A DNA stretch of 64,000 nucleotides, from NCBI GenBank assembly GCA_964016885.1, contig OZ024759.1, positions 4,774,001 through 4,838,000 of the forward strand, in the 5' to 3' direction. The notes under the pieces are model-generated. The model made no database searches. It saw nothing but the letters and a program-made list of their open reading frames with translations, and was not told the origin of the DNA. The first letter of the stretch is position 1. Each line of letters opens with the position of its first letter. This document shows, piece after piece, positions 36,477 to 49,056 of this stretch. A program made the position numbers and the translations under genes. The DNA is from Eledone cirrhosa. Taxonomy: Eukaryota.

Positions 36477-39400
36477 TCAGCTCAAAGCTTCATTATAGAC
36501 AATATTTAGGTTTGTTACTCTGTTAGTGGTATCAATTGCAAATTTTATACCATCAGGATCGCACACTCGAGATGCAGCAACATAGAGTTGCCCATGGCTG
36601 AATGCTGGATCATTCAAGTAGACACCGACTCGCTTGAAAGTCTGTCCCTGTGCCTTGTTGACAGTCATGGAGAAGGCCAAATTGACGGGAAACTGTCTCC
36701 TTTGCCAAATAAATAGCAGCAGATCTTCACTTGGTCTCAGCATGATCCTCGGAATGAGAACCGATTCCTCTCTGCCTGGGAGTTTAGCTTCTAAAACTCT
36801 TCCGTTAATCAATCTCTCAACAATCAATCTGGTACCATTGCAAAGACCCATTTTATGATTGATATTTCTAAGCAATATAATCGGCAAACCCTTTTTCAAC
36901 CTCAAAATATGTGGGGGAAATCCGGGTATTTGAAGTGAATTCAGATACTCAGTCGGAACATCCATACTGTTCTGCTGATTAGGCTCCATTGCATACGCAC
37001 TGACGGTCAACCATTCCTCTCCAGGAAACATTCCGGCTACTTGTGAATTTATTTCATCGACCGTTGTATTCGTATGAGTTAGAATAACATGTTCCGATAT
37101 CCAGGAGATATTCTGCCAAAAAGCATTCAAATTAGGGAACACCCAGTCAATCAAGCCTTGGCGGTCCAGTGGCATGACCAAATGGTCTGGGATTCATACA
37201 GTCTGATTATCACCAACGTGTGGCAATTCATCGTTTCCCAACTGCATCAACCATCGGCCGTATGTCTCAGCCTCTTCGTTTTGCCCGAACATAGGAAGTC
37301 GCATATTATCGTGTAATCGCAAAACTCTGAAATGGCCCCACAACGGGGACTTTTTCAGACATGCATCGACAATTTGCGCTCTTTGAGCATTCCTAACAAT
37401 TGGTAGCACCTGTCTGAAATCGCCACCAACAACGATAGTCTTACCACTGAATGGCAGGTCACTACCGCAGATATCTCTCAAAGTTCTGTCCAATGCCTCC
37501 AGCAAATATCTGTGTGCCATTGGAGCCTCGTCCCAAATAATCAGAGACGTATTGCGTATAAGGCCCGCGAGTTCACTTTGTCCTGTAATATTACAGACAC
37601 TCAACTCATCTGGAGCCAATGGAGCCTTGAAGCATGAGTGGAAGGTCCTTCCACCACTCAGCAAAGTGGCAGCGATGCCCCTGGTGGGCACAGGGAGAGC
37701 AATCTTCCTCTGAGCTCTGACTGCCGATAACATAGTGTTGAAACAGAATGTCTTTCCGGTGCCTCCTGGAACATCTATGAAAGCACAAAGTTGCTCATTA
37801 GTGGAAATCGAGTGGAGAGCGCCATCGACCAATTCTCTGTGAGATTGGGTCAACATTGGCATACGTTCATCCACAATACGTTGCTGTTCCAGTGGATCAA
37901 ACTGGAATAGTTCCCTCCGATCGAGTGGCAACCGTCTAAGCTGCAATCTCATGTTCAATGCTAAGACACGTTGCCGCATTTCTTCATCAGGAATTGGTAA
38001 ATTGAAATCTGTTAAACATTTCAAATGAACTTCGAGCAGTTGCTCAATATTGAGCAAAACAATAGCCTTCATCAAATGTTCATCATAGACCTGAAGATGG
38101 TGCCTAAAATCATCAGCCATAATTTCCCAATGGCGTTCAAATAACTCTCTTGGATCGGCAGGATTGCAGAATCCTAGAATCGTGACAAACAACTGCCATA
38201 TTCGAGCTGGCATCTGTGTTGTTCCTGCAGCTTCCATGGCGTTATTCCATTCAGCGTCATCCTGAAGGAGTCCCAGATGCTGACACACAGCCTGGTATCT
38301 TTTATATTCCACGCCATTGATTGTTTTCAAATCAGCGAAGCTCTGTTTACCTCTCGAAAAATCACTATGCAACAGAATTCGGAGATAAAACACATCACCA
38401 GATGCTGGATGGACATTACAAACCCGTCCAATAGTCATGAATCTCAACTTTTGTTTTCTATCATTCCATTTCTTTCCCTTCTTATCCCACGTATAGTGCG
38501 AAGGGAAATCGCAGTAGAGTTGCTTTTGATCCGGGTTCAAAGCATGTTCCCTATTATGCTTGAACCACTCAGTCAATTCCGTCTTAGGAGGTGGTGCGTT
38601 AGCAATTCTTTCTATACCTCTTCTACTGTCCTTAAAACAGACCATTTGCCTATTCTCTAAGTGAACCGTCAGTTTCTGAACGCTGTGTTTGCGTTCATTG
38701 AGATCAAAATCGAACAATCTCCAGCAAGCTTCGCTAGATCCAATCGAGCGAACATCCTGGAACCTGCCAACTTCATCTCCTTGGTTCGCTTCCTCATTCC
38801 TGACATTCATCATTGCCCCATCATGACCTTTGTAAACATACTTGAATAGATATTTGCAAGCTTTCACTGAGCTACAAATTTCCACATTAATATGACAACG
38901 ATATTTCATAATCAAATATGGATTGTATGGCACAACCCATTGATTTGTAACCTGTCGACCGTTTACATTTTCGACCAAACCGCCATCGGCAGGCGACCGT
39001 CTTCTGTATGAGGGATGAGCATCCCCATCATTCCAGGAAGTGTTCGTGACAAAAGATTTCAGAAAGTGCTTACTGCATTGGCCATTTTTCATGCAAGGCG
39101 CTTTCCGATTTGCCACTCCGCATTGGTTGTGCACCATTGACTTTGCCACCAAGTTGCATACACAATGCTGTCGACATCCTCAGCACATCACAATTTGCTA
39201 TGTCTATGTAAAATGATCAGCAAATGTGCATGTGGCAATCCTCTTTTTTGGAATTCAATTACGTATGTAAAAGCAACTATACCTCCAAAGATTCCCTCTT
39301 TTTCCACATCATCCATTATCTTTTTCAGATATCCTTTGAATACTCTTGCCACAATATCAGGACGGTCCTTTGGCTGTTGTCCTGGCAAAAGTGCATCCTT

Positions 39401-40861
39401 AATATCAGTCCATTCAGGATTGCATGTAACAGTTATAAACAAATCTGGCTTTCCAAACTTTCTGACAATAGCCATTGCATCCTGATAGCGAATGTTCATA
39501 TATCTCGGGCCGCCGATGAACGACGATGGCAAAATGATGCGTCGACCAATTTGCTTGTAATTGGCATCATCGGCTGTTATCGCATCCTGTATATTATTAT
39601 ACAATTCAGCTCTGATATGTTGCTGATGTGTAGCTATATAATTTAGCCTTTGATTTTCGATCTTTGCGTATGCCATACAACAGTATTCCTGGAACAATCT
39701 GCTGGCTTGAAATAGCGCATTTCTCTGTTGATTCCTCTCGTTCAAATGGAACGCGTAAAAGTCGCGAATCGAATTATTGTGTCTATTGCCACCTCCCTGT
39801 TGATGCTGATTCTCATGATCATCTAAATGAACAGACATGTTCCATCCATTTTCACCTTTTGGGAATAAAAGAACATAATGCAATGGATGGTATGTCCTAT
39901 TTGACTCATTGATAGTGTTGAGACCACCATCTCTGCGATTGAGGGCGATATCTCTCGATCCAGGCTTATCGTCCATCAACACAGCAACTTCAGGAAATCC
40001 TTCGGGGGCATTATATCGCCGTTCGTGTTGATTCCTTGGCACTGCGTCAGCCTTAATCACCAATGTTTGTTGCTGAACATTCTGCAGTTCAGCCACCAAC
40101 ATGAAATCCATAACATAAGGATTACACTGTCTAAGCCATGATTGCAAATCATGGATCAAATCACTTAACCTTTGCCGTTCAAGTTCAGTTATATTTCCCG
40201 GCAACTTCATCCAACCGATCCTGATATCCTCCTCCGATTCACTATAATCTGGATTGTTAACGTAAATTTGAGCGAATCAAGGCCTCTCTCCTGGGGTAAC
40301 TTCTAAATTATCGATACAATGATACAAACGGCATTGAATGACGACATTCGGTTGCCATGCTCCACTCTCAAACATCTCACTAACTCTCTGCGATGCTAAA
40401 GCTAATAAATTGTTAATTTGCCGCGAATATTTGCGCAGTAATCTACCTCGGTCTCATTGATCACCCCACATACTTAGTATTTTAAACTCCGGTGACTCCC
40501 CATCATCCGGCATTCGCAAAGGTTCTAGTTGAACTGCTCCTTTGTGACAGCACATTGTGGTCCACGTCTTTTCGTGCCACCAAAGCAATGCTCCACAATG
40601 TGGAGACCCTGGTCGTCCACCAATCTGACAGTGACACGGTTGCCATGATCCATTTTTAATATCATTCGTTCGCCTCTTTACTGGAATGAGGAGCACTTTG
40701 CGACACATTCCCTGAACTTCTGTATTGCGCTGGCGCTGTTCAGCCAGCTCCTCTTCATCCACCGGAGCACGCCATTGCTGCTGAATTCTGGCCACCTGCT
40801 GATGATGCTCAGCCAGTTCGTTTTTCAACCATCGCAGCACTCCGTCGCCGCTGTAGTTCAC
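36477..40861 (-). pseudogene. Helitron Rep-PIF1 helicase, frameshifted
   Basis: Zn-finger-like HCGALLW..CC. HUH motifs PDLFITVTCNPEW, EFQKRGLPHAHLLI and KYLFKYVYKG. Helicase motifs GGTGKT, WDEAPM, GDFRQVLP, NGTRL, TVNKAQGQT and FSHGQLYVAASRV. Confidence 0.95.
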
Positions 40862-41257
40862 TGTTTGATAAAGTCGAATTGCTTTTCTTATCAGTATTCA
40901 TTTGGAGCAATTGTAAAAAAAAATGACACAATAATAAATATAAAAGATGTCCGTCAATGTAAAGAAATGTCCCTATTTACTCCCTTCACAACTCTGTGTA
41001 TGACAGACAGGCACACAGACAGATAAACTGCGCGGCGATTGTGGAACGTCACACGCATACACGCATGGAAACGCGCACACGCACACAAACTTACACACGC
41101 ACACACTCACACATGTTGATAGTTTTTACTTTCTGTGGAACACTGCACGCACGCACACACACATAAACATACGCGCACATACATACACACGCATACATGT
41201 TAATAGTTATTGAACACAGTGTTCACACTCTCCCCTCTCACTCCCTCATTGGCATTC

Positions 41258-44200
41258 ATCATCATCATCATCATCATCATTTTACGTCCGCTTTTCCCTG
41301 CTTGCAAGGGTGGGACGGGTCTTATTCAGCACAGCATCTCTCCACTCGTCACGGTCCCTCGTCATCTCCACCGTGAGCTTCAATGATCTGAGGTCTGTTC
41401 TCACCACCTCCGCCCATGTTTTTCGTGGTCTACCTCTACTACGTCTTCCTTCAACTGGCATTTCCTGGCACTTCTTCACCCATCGGTCATCCTCCATGCG
41501 CATCACATGTCCATACCACCTCAGTCTCCTCTCCCGTACACTACATTCTATCCCTCTCAGACACAGTTTCTCTCTCAACACATTTATGCTGGGTCGTTCA
41601 CGCACATTTACACTGCACATCCAATGGAGCATGCTTGCCTCATTTCTCTCCAACCGTCGCATATCTTCTGCGGTAGCTGCCCATGTCTCACTACCATGCA
41701 GCATCGCGCTCCTCACACAGGCATCATACAACCGGCCTTTCGTATGCAGGGAGAAACCCTTCTTCGTCAACAGAGGAAGCAGCTCCCTAAACTTCTTCCA
41801 ACCCGTCCTTATTCTAGATACTATGGCCTCGGAACACCCTCCTCCCATGCTAATCTGATCTCCTAGGTACCGGAAGCTATCCACCACTTCTATAGCGCCC
41901 TCTCGCATTTGAAAAATGTGTCTATCAGTGCGACTTCTACTGTCTAATTTCCCTGTACATCTACTGCATACATATTTCTCCCTACCTGTTAGTTTGCCTG
42001 CTATCCCGCTACATCTCTTGTGTACCCAGGACCTACATTGTGTGCATTTTATAGAATTTATGCCAGTTCCTTTTCTGCATATCGAACATGGCCATTTCCC
42101 TGACGGAATCAGGGTTTTGTCCTCTTTTCTACTCATCAACACTTTTGTCTTAGCTAGATTTACTCTCAGTCCTCTTGCTTCCAACTGCTGTTTCCATAGC
42201 CGGAATTTATTCTCTAGCTCCTCTACTGATTCTGCCATAAGAGCCAGATCGTCAGCATAGAGAAGTTCCCATGGACAGCCAGTCTTAAACTCCTCTGTTA
42301 TGGCTTGGAGGACTATAATGAACAAGAGCGGGCTGAGGACCGAACCCTGATGTACTCCTACTTGTATCTGGAATTCCTCACTAAACTCCATTCCTACCCT
42401 GACTTTACTGAGAGTACCTCTGTACAAAGTTTGCACTGTCCTTACAAGCCATTCTTCAACACCCAGCTTCCTTAGGGACCACCAGATGACAGATCGGGGT
42501 ACCCTATCAAAGGCCTTCTCTAGGTCAACAAAGGCCAAGTATAGTGGCTTATTCTTCTCTAAGAACCTCTCTTGCATTTGTCTCACCAAGAAGAGGGCAT
42601 CTGTTGTACTCTTCCCAGGCACAAAACCAAACTGCATCTCATCTAGTTTGACCCTTTCTCTAATTAGTTGTGCTAAAATCCTTTCTGCCACTTTCATAAC
42701 CTGATCTATCAGTTTTATACCCCTATAATTGCTCCTCTCCAAAGCATCCCCTTTACCTTTGTAGCAATTTATGAGAATACTGCTGCACCAGTCTTTGGGT
42801 ATGACACCACCATATATAGCCTGATTGATTATGCGTGCAACCAGTTTAGTGCCTACGTCCCCTGATGCCTTCAGCATCTCAGCAACTATTCCCGATGGTC
42901 CGGCCGCCTTACCATTTTTCATTTCCCTAATCGCCTCTTGGACCCTATATTCGTCAATCTCAATAGCTGGTCCCTCTGTCGGATCTACCAAGGGTAATTT
43001 CTCTCTCTCCCATTCGTTCTCCACATTCATCAGTCTCTCATAATGGCATTTCCAGGCCTCCTTTTTCTGGTCATTCGTGACACTAAGTACACCGGCATCA
43101 TCCCGGACACATTTATCACCAACAACATCCTGATTTGCATTGACACACTGCCTTGCAATGTGGAACACCACACGCCTCTGATCTTCCCGTCGCAGAACAT
43201 TGGCAAACCTCCTACTCTCTGCCTCCCTGCGTGCTAAGTACACCTGACGTCTAGCTTCTCTCTTAGTGGCTGTATATTCTTCCCTACTCCCACCCTTATT
43301 CCAAGCCTTCCATGCTAGTCTTTTGTCTCTAATAGCCTTATCTACACTGCTGTTCCACCACCAGGTCACTCTCTGTCTGGTTGGGGCTCTGCTCCAGCCA
43401 CAAGTTTCATCAGTAGCCTTCAGCAAGTTGTCACGTAAGAACTTCCAGTTATTATCTATGTCATACGTCTCTAAATCGTCTTCTTTTTCGTCATATACAT
43501 CTTGAAGGGCTTTCCTAAATTTGAATTTTAGTGAAAGGTCTTTTAGCTTCCAGACCTTTCTTCTCCACACCTTCCTATATGGCTCATTCCATCTCTTGCT
43601 TACTGAGATATCACTAACAACTAACCTATGCTGTGGGGTACATTCTTCCCCAGGGTATGCCTTGGTATTAGACACTATCTGCCTGTCCCGCTGCCTAACT
43701 AGCAGGAAGTCAATCTGGCTTATGTGCTCACCAGATTTGTAGGTTATTAGGTGATTGGCAGGTTTCTGGAAGTTTGTGTTGCAAATAGTCAATGTACTTG
43801 CATCACAAAATTCAAGAAGTCTCACTCCTTCTTCATTTCTTGAACCGTAACCATGCCCACCATGTACCCCAGTGTAACCATCCTGGAGCTGTCCAACATG
43901 ACCATTGAAGTCTCCTGCTAGCATAACGATGTCTCCGTCCTCTGTCATTGTGGTTGTTTGCAAAAGTTGCTCATAAAAGCAGTCTTTCTCATCTTTGCCT
44001 AGGCCTGCTTGGGGAGCATAGACCGAGATGATTGTCAGTAGTCTCCTACCTACAACTAATCTAAGCTTAATTATTCGATTACTAACTCGAACTACCTCTA
44101 TTGTCTTATTGATCCATTTCTCAGCCAGGAAAATGCCTACTCCCCCTAACCCATCATCCTTACCTACCCAGAATAGCTTATAGCTAAGACGCTTGCCTAC

Positions 44201-44571
44201 GACTAGTCTCGCAGAGGCACCTCTCCATCTCACCTCTTGCACGCAGCACACATCCACCTGCCTTCTCTCCAGCATCTCCGCTATTTCAGCAGATCTACCT
44301 CTGAGAGTGCCAACATTAAGTGTTGCAACTCTGAGATGCGACGTCTTCATATTTTTTTTTCTATGCTGTTTTGTTGCTGTGCTGATAAGCTTTTTGGCAT
44401 TGATACACTGGTTGGATGCCCTTCCTAACACCAGCGCCACTTTACAGCATGGACTGGGTGCTTTTATTTGTGCCACCAGCACTAGAGAGGATGTCTTACT
44501 AGACTCAAGGGCCCTCTCTACCCCTCCATTTTACAGCATGGTCATTTAAAAAAAAAAAAAAAAAAAAAAAA
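41258..44571 (-). mobile_element. Apparently intact RTE-clade LINE
   Basis: Single uninterrupted ORF, with a (TGA)n tail directly after the stop and ~200 nt upstream of the first ATG. Confidence 0.95.
41282..44350 (-). CDS. RTE ORF: AP endonuclease + reverse transcriptase with inserted PHD finger (1022 aa from first ATG)
   Basis: TLNVGTL, QEVRW, YAPQ, GDFNGH, QIDF, HRLV; FVDLEKAFD, GVHQGSVLSP, LYADD, FRYLG; C4HC3 finger at 41957-42094. Confidence 0.95.
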   Translation of the reverse strand: MKTSHLRVATLNVGTLRGRSAEIAEMLERRQVDVCCVQEVRWRGASARLVVGKRLSYKLFWVGKDDGLGGVGIFLAEKWINKTIEVVRVSNRIIKLRLVVGRRLLTIISVYAPQAGLGKDEKDCFYEQLLQTTTMTEDGDIVMLAGDFNGHVGQLQDGYTGVHGGHGYGSRNEEGVRLLEFCDASTLTICNTNFQKPANHLITYKSGEHISQIDFLLVRQRDRQIVSNTKAYPGEECTPQHRLVVSDISVSKRWNEPYRKVWRRKVWKLKDLSLKFKFRKALQDVYDEKEDDLETYDIDNNWKFLRDNLLKATDETCGWSRAPTRQRVTWWWNSSVDKAIRDKRLAWKAWNKGGSREEYTATKREARRQVYLARREAESRRFANVLRREDQRRVVFHIARQCVNANQDVVGDKCVRDDAGVLSVTNDQKKEAWKCHYERLMNVENEWEREKLPLVDPTEGPAIEIDEYRVQEAIREMKNGKAAGPSGIVAEMLKASGDVGTKLVARIINQAIYGGVIPKDWCSSILINCYKGKGDALERSNYRGIKLIDQVMKVAERILAQLIRERVKLDEMQFGFVPGKSTTDALFLVRQMQERFLEKNKPLYLAFVDLEKAFDRVPRSVIWWSLRKLGVEEWLVRTVQTLYRGTLSKVRVGMEFSEEFQIQVGVHQGSVLSPLLFIIVLQAITEEFKTGCPWELLYADDLALMAESVEELENKFRLWKQQLEARGLRVNLAKTKVLMSRKEDKTLIPSGKWPCSICRKGTGINSIKCTQCRSWVHKRCSGIAGKLTGREKYVCSRCTGKLDSRSRTDRHIFQMREGAIEVVDSFRYLGDQISMGGGCSEAIVSRIRTGWKKFRELLPLLTKKGFSLHTKGRLYDACVRSAMLHGSETWAATAEDMRRLERNEASMLHWMCSVNVRERPSINVLREKLCLRGIECSVRERRLRWYGHVMRMEDDRWVKKCQEMPVEGRRSRGRPRKTWAEVVRTDLRSLKLTVEMTRDRDEWRDAVLNKTRPTLASREKRT

Positions 44572-45950
44572 CTTATTGACACGACTCACACACTAATACT
44601 CATGCATACAAACCACAACCACACATACCAACACTCATTCATGCATACAATCACACACACAACTCACAAACACATATATATATATACATATATTACCGAC
44701 AGTTCTGATACAAAATCAAAATCAAAGTCAAAATCGTCAAAATCACTATCATGTCAACTGTTGACCTTTCCCAGTCCAGTTCGGCTTGTATATAATAACA
44801 ATAACAATAATAATTGTTTGTTTACGCTGGTAATGGCGGTGGTGGATGGTGTCAGTGTGGTGGTGGTGGATGGTATCAGCGTGGTGGTGGTGGATGGTCA
44901 GTGATGGTGGTGACAGTTGTTGGTGCTGTAGTTGTTACTGTTGTTGTTGTCCTTCATTTCACTGCTGCTGTTGCTGCAGACAATGGTGTTGATGCTGTTA
45001 TTGCTGTCGCATATATACAAATACATACACACACATTCAACACAGACGATTATGCATATTAATTTCAGTTTGGCGTCGTTGGGGTGGGCGGAGTCCTTTG
45101 AAACCTATGAACCAATGATAATCGAGAATTGTGACACACGGAATACTGACGTTCTTCAAATTAATAAATAGATATATATATATCATCATCATCATCATCA
45201 TCATCATTTTACGTCCGCTTTTCTCTGCTTGCAAGCCATGTGCCTCTTCCTATATATACATATATACTATATACATATACACACATATACATATATATAT
45301 GTATATATATATACGTAATTAATACATGCATACATTTATTTTTTTAAAATTAATTGAGTTCTTAACACGCAGGATTAAAATTGTTTTTAAAAAAACTAAT
45401 TAACCCACGTGTATATTATTTTACTTTCTTGTGTTTCGCGATTGCCTCCCTTTTCCGCTTCGTGACGCTGTGAAATTCCTCAGTCTAGGACTGCTGGAAT
45501 TTCAAATTTGGCGGTCATTATGATGCGTGAAGGGACGACTTAGCTGACACGAAAAATAACTGCAGTAAGAAATGTTTTCTTATATCAATGTTTGAAGGGC
45601 ATCCACTGATGATTTATAAGTGCCCACCTGCATATGTTCTTACAGAAAAATATGTAGGCTTCTACATAAACCGGAAACATTCTCCCAACTTGTAGAAAAC
45701 TTATAATGAAACAATTGTTTGGAAAGAGAGATATATTTTAATTTTAATTATATCTCATATAAAATAATACAACTGGCTTTCCACAAAATACATATAGTTA
45801 GCACCCCAAACACAAAATTGGGATTATACTAAGGTATATCCTAATGTTTGTTGAGTGAGATGGTAGTCAGTCAGAGTTTAGCTTAAAGCTTTCTCTGTTA
45901 TTGTATTAAATATATGTATATATATATATATATATATGTATCTATATATA

Positions 45951-48935
45951 TCACCTTGACCGACCAGTCTGTCGGGCGTCCATTCGACGCCGCTGGTCAC
46001 AGCACGCCGTCCATTCCTCTCCGTATTGTGCTTTCCTCATCCATGTAGTCCCAATCATATTCCTAAAATTATCTGCCACCTTCATGGAGGCCTTCCGAGT
46101 GGTCGCTTCCACTCGCACGGGTACCACTCCGCAACTGCGCAGGTCCAGTGATTATCGGTGAACCGGGCGACGTGTCCAGCCCATCTGAACTTGCTGCGTA
46201 TATATTGCGCGATGACGTCCCTCACACCGGACTTCTGTCTAATGACTTCGCTCCTGATGTGCTCTCTCAACAAGATTCCTAGCATTGATCTCTCCATGGC
46301 TCTTTGAGCCGTTACCAGCCTCTGCTCTTCTCTCTTCGTTGTAGCCCAAGATTCACTGCCATATAACATTGCAGGTAAAACTGTGCTATTGAAGGGGTTG
46401 GCGTGGGTGGTCGTGTCCAACCTCCCCTTGAGCACATCCCTTATGCCGCTGAACGCCTTCCATCCCTTACTCTCTGCGAGATCAGCCTCTCAATGTATTG
46501 GCGCATGTTCACTTCTTGTCCTAGGTAGACGTATTCCTCCACCTCCTCTATTTCATCACCACCAACCACCATTCGACCTGTTGGTACGTTGTCGGACCGC
46601 ATGAAGTTCGTTTTCATGCTGTTCATCTTGAGGCCTACTGCAGAGCTTTTGATGTCGAGCTCCGTCAGCATGGTCTGAAGCCGATCCGTGGTTTCAGCGA
46701 TGAGTACGATGTCATCAGCGAAACGGAGGTGGGTAAGTATCTCCCCATTGATGGTGACACCGCCTTGCCAGTCAATGCCTCTGATGATCTGCTCGAGACA
46801 CGCGGTGAAAACTTTTGGAGAGATCGTATCTCCTTGCTTCACTCCCTTCTCGACCGGCACTCGTACGGGTGATGACAGCAGAGCTGTGTCGGTGGTGCAT
46901 CCGGAATTCGCCTCCTTGAGCAGTTGAACGTATTCTGCCTCGACTCCTTGCCTCTGCAGCGAGTTCAGCACTGCGTTGATTTCGACGCTGTCGAAGGCCT
47001 TCTTGTAGTCTACGAACGCGACGCAAAGAGGCATCTTGTACTCTTTTGCTTGCTCAAGCAGTTGTGTCAGAGTAAATATGTGGTCCATCGTGCTGTAGTT
47101 CTTCCGGAAGCCGGCTTGCTCTTTCGGTTGCGGTTCGTCCAGATGATGTGATAACCTGTTCAGGATTATCTTCGTGAACAGCTTGTACACGTGAGACAGC
47201 AGGAATATGGGTCAGTAGTTCTTCAGATCTTGTCTATCGCCCTTCTTTTATAGCAGGATGGTATTCGACTCTTTCCACTGCGAGGGTATTCTTCCCTCGT
47301 CCAGATCGTGTGTGAATCGCTCGGCGAGGATTTTCCAGAGCTGTTCTCCGCCTGACTTCAACACCTCCGATGTTATTCCGTCTTTCCCTGGCGCCTTTCC
47401 GCTTTTCATTACACCGACGGCTCTTTCCACCTCACCGACAAGGATGGGTGGCACATTTTCTTCCTGTTGGAGTGACGGCAACGGCTGCACATTCCCGGCA
47501 GACTTGAAGAGCTTGGTGTAGAAGTCTTCGTAAATCTTTTCCATCTCATTCTTGTCGCTGACCGGTACTCCAGCTGTGTTCTTCAGGGTCGTCACCTCCG
47601 ATCTGTACATTGCCATGTCCGTCTCGCATTTCTTGAGGCTCTTCTTTTCCTCTGCGGCCTTCAGGAGCTTCCCCATCCGGTATGCCTCGAAGTCTCTCTT
47701 CAGTTGCCGTATCACTCTGCTGAGAAGGGAATATTCGAGGTGATTTTCAGGTGTCCTCTTCATAATCTTCCTCTTCTCAAGCAACTTCATAGTTTCCTCC
47801 CAGACTCTTCCCTTCCGCTCCTTCGGGCACACTCCCTTAGCCTTCCTCAAGCACTCCTTCAGTTTCCTTATCAGTGAGTCGTAGTCAGCGTCTATGCCGT
47901 CTCCTTTACACCACTTTTCCTGCATGATGGCTTCCTGCTGCTGCGCCTCGTTGAAGACCCAGACGCGTTCTCCCTTCGACGCCAAATGCAGCGCCTTCTT
48001 CTCCCTCGTCCGATCGATGACGACCTTCGGCCTCACCAGACGATGATCACTGCCAGTGTTAAATGGCGTTATGACGGAGACGTCCTGCAGTATACGTCGC
48101 TTGTCGACCAGGATGTAGTCGATCTCGTTTCCGTGCTCAGAATTTAGCGATACCCAGGTCCATCTTTTCTCCTCCTTCTTCCTGAATAGGCTGTTTCCGA
48201 TGTAGAGCCGTCTCATCTCCGCCATGGTGACCAGACACTCTCCTCTCTCATTTCGATCTCCTAGGCCGAATTTTCTTACATACTCTTCCCCTTGCCGTCC
48301 CTGTCCGACCTTTGCGTTGAAGTCCCCCATCACGACGGTGTAAGTGGACTTCACAGCTAGCACTTTGTCTAGCTGGCGATAGAATTCTTCCACTTCCTCG
48401 TCGTCGCTGGCACTTGTGGGAGCGTAGGTCTGGATGATCTTGAGGGTGGCCTTCCCTGAGAGGTTTATGTTCAGTACACCAATCCGTGACGATATGAACT
48501 GGCAAGAAGTGACCTTCGAAGCCCATTCCTTGCTTACGATAAACCCTATACCAATCTGGCATCCTCTGCTTTCCCGAGTCTCACGGCGCATCCATCTTGC
48601 CATCGGGAATTCGCCTCCTTCTTCTGGCGGGTCTTGCACAGCCCTAACACGTCCCACCTGATCTTCTTCTTCTCCTCCATTAGGTGGTTCAGTCCTTGCC
48701 CCCTGCCAAAGACCTGCAGTTGTATGTGCATATGGCAAGGTTAGTCCTGTTCCATGGCGGCCTTCGGGAACCTGCGATTCTTAGCAGCCTCTCGTCGCTC
48801 GGGTCGCACTCCGCCGTCATGGAGCAGCCCGATTGACTCGCAGGGTACTGAGGCCCTTTTCTTCGTGCTGTTTTAACCATAAGATGACGCCATCCCATTG
48901 GCTGGGCGGGCAGGCCGGTACCTCTTCAGTTTAGC
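45951..48935 (-). mobile_element. Second RTE family, near full length, degenerate, GC-rich, no PHD
   Basis: ORF pieces 48898-48546, 47248-48738, 46441-47190 and 46082-46435 carry GDFNAK, EIDY, SDHR, DYKKAFD, GVKQGD, RFADD, YVYLG and WAGHVAR. Confidence 0.93.
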
Positions 48936-49016
48936 TAGCTTTTGAACTCTAGAAGATGATGAATCATCTCTAGGACCCAATTCGGGTCAAACAAATAAAA
49001 AAAAATATATATATAC

Positions 49017-49053
<37 letters not shown>

Positions 49054-49056
49054 CAT

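Larger units (their letters stand above)
35564..45172 (-). mobile_element. Full-length Helitron (degenerate RepHel) carrying a nested LINE
   Basis: 5' end A|TCTATTTATTAAT at 45172. 3' end ACCCGGGCGAAGCTAGGT hairpin, then CTAG|T at 35564. Confidence 0.85.

Noticed and set aside
41310-44549. Plus-strand ORFs overlapping the intact RTE
   Set aside because: Antisense shadow frames with no recognisable motifs.
45579-45620. C/D snoRNA-like segment with terminal CTTATA/TATAAG stem
   Set aside because: Too short, and the boxes are not in the required C-then-D arrangement.
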